The position numbers and the translations under genes were made by a program. Of a stretch of DNA of 12,570 nucleotides, positions 6,724 through 12,570 are shown piece by piece (position 1 is the first letter of the stretch; every line of letters begins with the position of its first letter). This DNA comes from Oligoflexales bacterium. Lineage in GTDB: Bacteria; Bdellovibrionota_B; Oligoflexia; Oligoflexales; CAIYRB01. The stretch lies in NCBI GenBank assembly GCA_041736175.1, contig JBGSUI010000139.1:1-12570 (forward strand), in the 5' to 3' direction. The notes under the pieces were generated by a model, which saw only the letters and a list, made by a program, of their open reading frames with translations, ran no database searches and had not been told where the DNA came from.

Positions 6724-7719
6724 CTAGCTCCCCCGCAGTTCCATATCAAATCGGTAAAGCAAGGGGTAGTCTTGGAGAGGGCGAGAGGCTTTTTGGACCA
6801 GCCCCCCAAGGAAACCATGTTCGAGGGGGCGCCCCTGTCGGCGGTCCCGAGCCATAGAGTTTTCGTTTTCTGCCGTAAGCTGTATTACATTTGTCAGCTC
6901 CCGGTAACTATAGCTAAAGCTGATCTCCGGGACGGGTGCTGGGTCAAAGATTTCTCGGTATAAACCATAAACCTCTTGAGACACAGCCAGCAAGAGCCCT
7001 TCGTCGGCTAAAACCTCCTTATTGGACCTGTGTCTTTGAGCCGCACAAAGGGTGTTGAGGGTGGTGTTGATCATCCACTTTAAAAAATACGGTTGTTTAA
7101 TGGACTCTACCCATTGCCACTGGGTGCGAAAGATCTCGGTGGGATTTCCAGACTCTGCACCTACTGCAGCAAAAAGTTGGGGATAGACTTGGACAAGGGG
7201 ATCGAGCTCAAGATTGGAATCGCCGGGTGGGTGAATCCCGCCTGTCATGGGTCCCACGGTGATCTTGCCGTCCTTTGAGCGGACCTGAAAACCGCCGTCA
7301 CCGGACACCCCAACGGTGGAGAGTCCTAAATACCAACCTATCTTGTCCCAGCGCTTTTCGTAGGCGTTAAGAAGAGGGGCAACGGCACCATTTGCAACCA
7401 CTACCACATATCGTGGCTCCACCCTTAGACCAAAAGGCAACGGATAAGTCCCGTCACCCTCCACAGCCTGGAGGAGATCATAGGCTTTGACGCAAACCAC
7501 CACGAGGGGATAGGCCTTTGCGAGATCCGCAGCTTTTACAGCAAATCGTTCTTTGTGGATGCCAAAACTCAGTTCTGCTGTCCTGCCAACGGGCTCCCTT
7601 TGAGATCCCCTTCGCCCGCCAATGGCTACCTCGAAACCATTTTTGGCCAACATCCATCCCACATAATGGCCCATCGCCCCAAAACCAACGACCAAAGCTT
7701 GTGGTGTCATAGCGTTCAT
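6724..7719 (-). CDS. panE: Ketopantoate reductase family protein (2-dehydropantoate 2-reductase)
   Basis: Rossmann GFGAMG, VCVKAYD, K-W-x-x-N (KWMIN), and SMARDRRQGRPLE..L.G, all PanE/ApbA motifs. The true start may be the ATG at 7710. Confidence 0.85.
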   Translation of the reverse strand: MNAMTPQALVVGFGAMGHYVGWMLAKNGFEVAIGGRRGSQREPVGRTAELSFGIHKERFAVKAADLAKAYPLVVVCVKAYDLLQAVEGDGTYPLPFGLRVEPRYVVVVANGAVAPLLNAYEKRWDKIGWYLGLSTVGVSGDGGFQVRSKDGKITVGPMTGGIHPPGDSNLELDPLVQVYPQLFAAVGAESGNPTEIFRTQWQWVESIKQPYFLKWMINTTLNTLCAAQRHRSNKEVLADEGLLLAVSQEVYGLYREIFDPAPVPEISFSYSYRELTNVIQLTAENENSMARDRRQGRPLEHGFLGGLVQKASRPLQDYPLLYRFDMELRGS

Positions 7720-7748
7720 CCTGTTGTTCCATGAGCCTTTGGTTTAAA

Positions 7749-8933
7749 TTAAAATCGTCTTAAGAATTCGGCCAGAAGTGGGTCCGCAAGGAAATATCCG
7801 CCGTTTTCGCCATATTTTCGATAGAGAACAGCATGATCCTCAAGTTTCTTGATGATTTTTGCGCAACCACTTGCAGATATACCAGGAATAGTCATGAGAA
7901 AGTCTTTGCTTTGAGGAGACTTGACTAATCCTTTGCGAGCAACCGCCCCGAGTACTTTTGTTTCGTTGCTGGAATAGCCGGCGAGATATTCTCGATAACG
8001 ATCAGACCTGGCTTCGATCCAAGATAAGATGGCAAGCCCCACTTCATCAGTAGTGATCTGATGCACCTTTAGGGTAGGATGTTTCTCCCGTAAAAGATCG
8101 ATGAGACGTGAGCATACCATATTCATTGCTTCGGGGACTTGGTCCAGTCTTTGTTGGAGAAAGGCACTAGGGTCCGCGGGTAAATAGAGATTATGAAGCG
8201 AAAATCGTTCATTAGCATATTTTTGGTAAACTTCTTTTTCTATACACGGAATTTCAAGATCTTCTCCCCATCCTGCCAGTGGAGCGTCTGGACGAGCAAA
8301 TATTTTCGATAAAATATGTTTTTTAGAACCTAAGACGATGACGGCCACTCCACCAGGTAACGCTTCCAATGCATCACGCATTTTAGCCTCGCCGCCCCCA
8401 ATAAAATGTAAATCTTGAAACTCGTCCATGATAAGAAGTGGGCATACGCTACCTTGCGATGCCAAATTCCCTATACGAGTCATCATGTCTTCAAAGGGAA
8501 CATCTCCCCCTCCGTCAGCTAGTGTCAATCCAAACGAAGTCTCGCCAGTCAGTGGATCTAGAGACATTGTTGGTCTTAACCCAGTAAAAAATCTACCTAG
8601 GTTTCCCATGACTTCTTTAACCGGAAAACACTCTGAAAATGCTTTCGTAAACGCATTCCTAAATTCGCGATTTAAATCGGCTCTATCCCCGAGACCTAGA
8701 AAATTAGCATAAATAACCATGCCCTTTTTTTTCTTGCGTTTGTTTTCTTCTAAAAAGCGTTTAGCCACGACATTACGTACCAAGGATGTTTTGCCAAAAT
8801 TCCTACGCCCAAAGATCACATAGCGTTTGCCATGCAAACTCCCCTTGACAAGCCGCTCCGCCTCTTTTTCAAAGTTACATATATTGATTTCATCTACCAG
8901 CGAACCATAGATAAAGCTCTTTTGCGTCGACAC
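7749..8933 (-). CDS. P-loop ATPase (archaeal-type ATPase/STAND-like) with probable C-terminal winged helix
   Basis: Walker A GRRNFGKT, Walker B LLIMDEFQ, VIVLGS strand, C-terminal ..IIKKLEDHAVL...YFLADPLLAEFL. GGAGG 5 nt before the GTG at 8933 suggests this start rather than 9002. Confidence 0.82.
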   Translation of the reverse strand: MSTQKSFIYGSLVDEINICNFEKEAERLVKGSLHGKRYVIFGRRNFGKTSLVRNVVAKRFLEENKRKKKKGMVIYANFLGLGDRADLNREFRNAFTKAFSECFPVKEVMGNLGRFFTGLRPTMSLDPLTGETSFGLTLADGGGDVPFEDMMTRIGNLASQGSVCPLLIMDEFQDLHFIGGGEAKMRDALEALPGGVAVIVLGSKKHILSKIFARPDAPLAGWGEDLEIPCIEKEVYQKYANERFSLHNLYLPADPSAFLQQRLDQVPEAMNMVCSRLIDLLREKHPTLKVHQITTDEVGLAILSWIEARSDRYREYLAGYSSNETKVLGAVARKGLVKSPQSKDFLMTIPGISASGCAKIIKKLEDHAVLYRKYGENGGYFLADPLLAEFLRRF

Positions 8934-8999
8934 AAAATCCTCCCTCGCTGCACCACTGCAGCCCACAGAGCTGAATTTACTATGAGTTACAAATTTTGT

Positions 9000-9041
9000 C
9001 ACACTTTTAGTACCACACTTTTAGTACCACACTAAAAGTAC
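9000..9041. repeat. 3 x 14-bp tandem repeat, third unit with inverted core
   Basis: CACACTTTTAGTAC, CACACTTTTAGTAC, CACACTAAAAGTAC. ACTTTTAGT (9017-9025) and ACTAAAAGT (9031-9039) are reverse complements. Confidence 0.9.
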
Positions 9042-9073
9042 TCCATTCCTTGAACCATCTGGCGTAACCTAAC

Positions 9074-9153
9074 CAAACCCAATCGCGACACCGCCGATAA
9101 TTCGACCCCATTTCAAGAAAATATTGACAATAATTACAAATTGTTATCACAAT
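9074..9153 (+). promoter_or_regulatory. Candidate tandem promoters of the second REC-TPR gene
   Basis: Sigma28-like CAAA-N15-GCCGATAA (9074-9100, perfect -10) and sigma70-like TTGACA (9124-9129)-18 bp-CACAAT (9148-9153). Confidence 0.5.
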
Positions 9154-9217
9154 AATTCCATCCCCCCTCAGGCGTCTCCCCTAAAACGTCGAAGACATCC
9201 CTAGGAGGACCTGAACC

Positions 9218-10513
9218 ATGACCCAAAACCCCGTTTCAGAAAAAAGCCAAAATCAACCTCAACCCACCAATCGCTTTAGAGAAATCTTGGTGATGACCGA
9301 CGACCAGACCTGGATCTGGAGTCTCGTCAGTGAGCAGCTCCTTAAAATGAACCTGGATCATGTGCGCCTCCCCTCGACGGTCCCCATAAGGTCTAGCTGG
9401 TCGAGATTTTCGAAAACCGACTATGTGATCATTCATTGGGAATCCAAAGACCGCGGCGGTGGGGCGATCGTCGAAGAGATCTTAGAGGTCGACAAGACCT
9501 TTGATATCCGTAGCAAGGTTATCGTTCTTACCACAAATCCTACTCACGAAGATGTTGTTTATTTCTCTGAACTAGGAATTCGCAAGATTTTACGTCTCCG
9601 CCACCGAGACAAGGATATGGCCGCAGCCGCTCGAGATCTGGCGGCGATGATAAGAGTAGAAAACCTCACCCCAGACGAGCAGCTATGGAATTCTCTGCTC
9701 AACAAGATCGACCAAATCAAAAACCTTTCGGAATCAACGCCTCACCTGGGAGAGATTGAATCCCTCGTGATAAGACTGGCTCCCGCAGAACCCACGGCCA
9801 GGCATCTTGACGCCCTGGCATCACTCTATTCCCTCAAAAAACTCGACGATCAGGCCCTCAAGACCTGGCACCAGGCTTTGAGCTGCAATCCCAATTATGT
9901 GCGTTCCTACCACAATATGATGGGCCACTACCGCGCTCGAAACAACTTTAAGGAGGCCTATGCCTTACTCCAAAAAATGCACGAACTCAACAAATCCAAC
10001 ATCTCTCGCCTCGTCGATATGGGCGAAATCCAAATGGAGTTAGGTGACAGCTCCCGGGCCGAATTCTACTTCAAATCGGCCCTGACCCGGGATGCCTATG
10101 CCAGCCGTGCCCTCAACGGACTTGCAGAAATCAAGTTTCACCAAGGCCACTTGGACGAGTCTCGCCAACTATTGGCTAAATCCCAGCTTGCCTACAAAAC
10201 AGCCCATACCCTTAACCGCCAGGGTGTTGCCCTAGTCCACCAAGGTAAATTCCAAGTCGCATTGGCCCACTACACAAAGGCTCAATACGTGCTCCCTCAA
10301 CAAGATAAGGGGCCACTTCTCTTTTATAATATTGCACTTTGTTATGTTAAATGGGGCAAACCCGATCAGGCCTTTGAATACGTTCAAATAGCCTTGATCA
10401 AAGATCCAAAATACGAAAAGGCTCGCAAACTGCTGACCCAACTGGAAAGGGCGGGCCACAACCCTAAAGCCAGGCCCCCATCCCTCTCAAACACAAACTC
10501 ACTTATCGCTTAA
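9218..10513 (+). CDS. Pseudo-receiver domain + TPR repeat protein (431 aa)
   Basis: REC-like N-terminus (ILVMTDD, YVIIHWE, VIVLTT) followed by TPRs (LNRQGVALVHQGKFQVALAHYTKA, LFYNIALCYVKWGKPDQAFEYVQIALIKDPKY). AGGAGG at 9203-9208. Confidence 0.87.
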   Translation: MTQNPVSEKSQNQPQPTNRFREILVMTDDQTWIWSLVSEQLLKMNLDHVRLPSTVPIRSSWSRFSKTDYVIIHWESKDRGGGAIVEEILEVDKTFDIRSKVIVLTTNPTHEDVVYFSELGIRKILRLRHRDKDMAAAARDLAAMIRVENLTPDEQLWNSLLNKIDQIKNLSESTPHLGEIESLVIRLAPAEPTARHLDALASLYSLKKLDDQALKTWHQALSCNPNYVRSYHNMMGHYRARNNFKEAYALLQKMHELNKSNISRLVDMGEIQMELGDSSRAEFYFKSALTRDAYASRALNGLAEIKFHQGHLDESRQLLAKSQLAYKTAHTLNRQGVALVHQGKFQVALAHYTKAQYVLPQQDKGPLLFYNIALCYVKWGKPDQAFEYVQIALIKDPKYEKARKLLTQLERAGHNPKARPPSLSNTNSLIA

Positions 10514-10883
10514 TCTGAGACTCATCCCATTGGTAAATGCCAGGCAATTTTCTAGCATTACGGATTAAGTGGGACTGCTGGTTACGAAGGTACTGAACGA
10601 TATTTCGTTTTTGTGGATCCATTTTCATACGATCGATTTCTGTTTGAATGTCGTTAATACGCTCTGTCTCGCTTTCTTTGGCGTATATCTCATCTAAAAT
10701 ACGATTAAATTCGTTCTTTTCCTCTTCGTTAAGCCCCGTGGTGTTGGAATAACGATGAAACTTGTTGACTTGCATGGGCTCGGTATCGATGACAACGTTG
10801 CCATCGTCCTTTTTTTCCACGATGACTCCAGGCTCCGTATAGACTCCTGATTTAGGCACTAAATCGCCGATTTGGATCGCCAT
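10503..10883 (-). CDS. Hypothetical protein (126 aa), paralogue of 10900-11283
   Basis: SD AGGAG; full-length similarity to the neighbouring ORF; 11-nt convergent overlap with the REC-TPR gene. Confidence 0.85.
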   Translation of the reverse strand: MAIQIGDLVPKSGVYTEPGVIVEKKDDGNVVIDTEPMQVNKFHRYSNTTGLNEEEKNEFNRILDEIYAKESETERINDIQTEIDRMKMDPQKRNIVQYLRNQQSHLIRNARKLPGIYQWDESQIKR

Positions 10884-10899
10884 GACATACTCCTATTGG

Positions 10900-11283
10900 T
10901 TAACGAATACGACTTTCGTGGATAGAATATTCCCTGGGTTTAAGCCCAAACGAATTCATGATATGGGTCATTTCTGCACGGACATAGCGGGCTAAATTTT
11001 GATTGCGCGGATCCAGCTCCATCTCCTGGAGCACTTCTCTTAGTTTCATCACCCGTTCTTCGGGGTCCTCAGAAGAGCCTTTGACCTCGTCCAGGATTTC
11101 ATAGAGTTGCTGGCGTTTATCGGCTTCTAGGCCGTTGAGATAGCCATGCCGTGTTCCATTGATGACTGTTTCAGGGTCGCGCTCAAGGGTCGCCACTCCC
11201 GTATTCTTGTCACGATCCTTGACCAGGAGAGGATCTCCTGTCCTGACAAAAACGGCGTCTCCTGGTCTGATAGAAACAGGCAC
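10900..11283 (-). CDS. Hypothetical protein (127 aa), paralogue of 10503-10883
   Basis: GTG start with GAGGA upstream; 16-bp gap to the next gene; shared motifs GD.V, GL, ILDE, ER, M..DP, Y.R, P..Y...ES.I. Confidence 0.85.
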   Translation of the reverse strand: MPVSIRPGDAVFVRTGDPLLVKDRDKNTGVATLERDPETVINGTRHGYLNGLEADKRQQLYEILDEVKGSSEDPEERVMKLREVLQEMELDPRNQNLARYVRAEMTHIMNSFGLKPREYSIHESRIR

Positions 11284-11340
11284 GGCGGCTTTCCTCGGAA
11301 ATAAACGAAGTTTAAGGGAGTTTTATAGGGAAGAGACACG

Positions 11341-11547
11341 ACTCAAGATCACGGTAGGCTTGAAATAAAGCATAACACACTCAGGAGGAGTTCTCAATTC
11401 CTCAGAATAAGTAGGTTTTTTCTGCCTATGGCGATTTTTCAGACTTGGTATCTTCCGACCTATTAGACTCGAAAGTTTTTTGATTTCGGCAATCTCCATA
11501 AATATTAGATTGTTATGCTATATCCAGAGTATCCCAAAATCTTGAGT
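11341..11547. promoter_or_regulatory. Mirror-symmetric bipartite motif in the divergent intergenic region
   Basis: ACTCAAGAT (11341-11349)-N19-AGCATAACA (11369-11377) and the reverse-complement arrangement TGTTATGCT (11511-11519)-N19-ATCTTGAGT (11539-11547). Confidence 0.6.
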
Positions 11548-11569
11548 TCTATTTATTTTTACTTAAGAC

Positions 11570-11596
11570 TCAAGAAAACCTCACAAATACCGATTA
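11570..11596 (+). promoter_or_regulatory. Sigma28 (FliA)-like promoter
   Basis: TCAAGAAA-N11-ACCGATTA, 36 bp before the ATG at 11633. Confidence 0.55.
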
Positions 11597-11632
11597 GTTT
11601 TATGTTGTCAACATGTCATCCATAGGGGATGT

Positions 11633-12034
11633 ATGGGGAGGATTCCACTTGCTAGGTTTTTATGTATGCAAAACGTTGTTGAATTAAAAGATTATAAGAA
11701 AAAACTAAGGAAGACCTTCCTTACGAAATATAAAACCCGTCTTGACCGTTTTATCTCTCGCTATATCGATCAACATCTCGATGTTGATCTCCTGCGGCTC
11801 AGCTACACAAGCCACGATGCTCTCAATGGGTACGACCAGGAAGTCAGCTGGGATTATGTATCCTTTCGAGAGGTTTTAGCCGAGGCCCTCGACCAAACAG
11901 TCGGCAAAGACCTCTATGATCTCCTCAAACTCGAACCTTGGTTTGATGCAAAAATAGTCACGAGAGATGAAATCATTGAACGCTGTCTCAGTGATTACAT
12001 CCTCAACCAATGCCAGTACGCCATCCAAATTTAA
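11633..12034 (+). CDS. Hypothetical protein (133 aa; alternative start ATG 11666)
   Basis: Unopposed ORF with globular protein-like composition; AGGGG upstream of the first ATG; converges on rpoZ with a 6-bp gap. Confidence 0.75.
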   Translation: MGRIPLARFLCMQNVVELKDYKKKLRKTFLTKYKTRLDRFISRYIDQHLDVDLLRLSYTSHDALNGYDQEVSWDYVSFREVLAEALDQTVGKDLYDLLKLEPWFDAKIVTRDEIIERCLSDYILNQCQYAIQI

Positions 12035-12040
12035 GACTCT

Positions 12041-12301
12041 TTACTCTTTTCCACCTTGGCCTACAGGGCGGCTCAAGTAAGCGCGGCGTTTTTGGGTCAC
12101 CTCGCCTAAATCTTTTGGAATCCGAAACACTATCTGGCCTTCGGCAATCTCACGAAGGGCTGTCACCGCGTATTTGTTGCGGGTCTTAATGGTCGCCTCC
12201 TCGCCCTTCATAAGCTGCCTGGTGCGAGCTGCGGCAACGGTTACAAGAGCAAATCTGTTTTCAAGGACATCAAGACAGTCTTCTATGGAAACTCGAGCCA
12301 T
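12041..12301 (-). CDS. rpoZ: DNA-directed RNA polymerase subunit omega
   Basis: MARVSIEDCL..LENRFALVTVAAARTRQL...NK..VTALREIAEG is the omega signature; SD GGGAG. Confidence 0.97.
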   Translation of the reverse strand: MARVSIEDCLDVLENRFALVTVAAARTRQLMKGEEATIKTRNKYAVTALREIAEGQIVFRIPKDLGEVTQKRRAYLSRPVGQGGKE

Positions 12302-12385
12302 ATTTGCTCCCTCAGAGGAAAATTGCTCAGGACAAGTCTTTAAGGCTTCTTAGCCTTTTCAGTGACTCTATGACCAGGACGTGCT

Positions 12386-12414
12386 AGCATATCAGGGTTA
12401 TATAAAGCAAGCAA
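12386..12414 (-). promoter_or_regulatory. Sigma70-like promoter of rpoZ
   Basis: Minus strand TTGCTT (12414-12409)-17 bp-TATGCT (12391-12386) with extended TGn. Confidence 0.55.
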
Positions 12415-12570
12415 TCCTTGAGATGGGGTCAGGGCAATTGCATTTAACTGTCCTTGACAGGATCTTTTTTCTGTGAGTTTCCTGCCACAACCTGAAGTAA
12501 AAAATCGGTATCCCAACCAGCTCTGAGGCGACGAGTAGCAATTCCAACTTTAGCTGGCGCGGCCTTTAAG

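Noticed and set aside
2902..8712. Short alternative-frame ORFs inside the HTH, lipoprotein, TerB-like, panE and ATPase genes (e.g. 2902-3156, 3994-4215, 6682-6963, 8428-8712)
   Set aside because: They overlap longer motif-bearing genes and lack recognisable motifs.
9000..9041. CRISPR array or iterons
   Set aside because: Units are 14 bp, contiguous and spacer-less; no cas or rep gene nearby.
11292..11318. Sigma28-like promoter (TCCGAGGA) before the 127-aa gene
   Set aside because: It coincides with the ribosome-binding site and the -35 spacing is wrong.
12420..12570. tRNA/ncRNA or divergent promoter upstream of rpoZ
   Set aside because: No cloverleaf or T-loop motif seen; TTGACA at 12454-12459 lacks a properly spaced -10; the region is truncated by the window edge.

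Overview
Bacterial chromosomal window. The rpoZ sequence style, REC-TPR genes and repeated sigma28-like promoters suggest a Bdellovibrionota/Oligoflexia- or deltaproteobacterium-like genome, but this is inference only. Core-looking genes: two atypical receiver+TPR proteins, a ketopantoate reductase (panE family), two small tandem paralogues of unknown function, a hypothetical protein and rpoZ. Accessory-looking material is interleaved. The most notable piece is a ~1.4 kb islet carrying a DUF6932-like nucleotidyltransferase + XRE-HTH pair with its own palindromic operator and a res-like site array. It is bracketed by a 200-bp direct repeat (1847-2046 / 3426-3625, 7 mismatches) that duplicates the last 57 codons of a 573-aa Cys-containing lipoprotein gene. 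Also present: a TerB-like protein, a 5'-truncated HEPN remnant, a P-loop ATPase-wHTH gene with a 14-bp repeat array upstream, and an exactly mirror-symmetric bipartite motif between two divergent genes. No reverse transcriptase, integrase, transposase, CRISPR array, tRNA or rRNA was recognised. All family assignments are by eye from motifs; no database searches were run.
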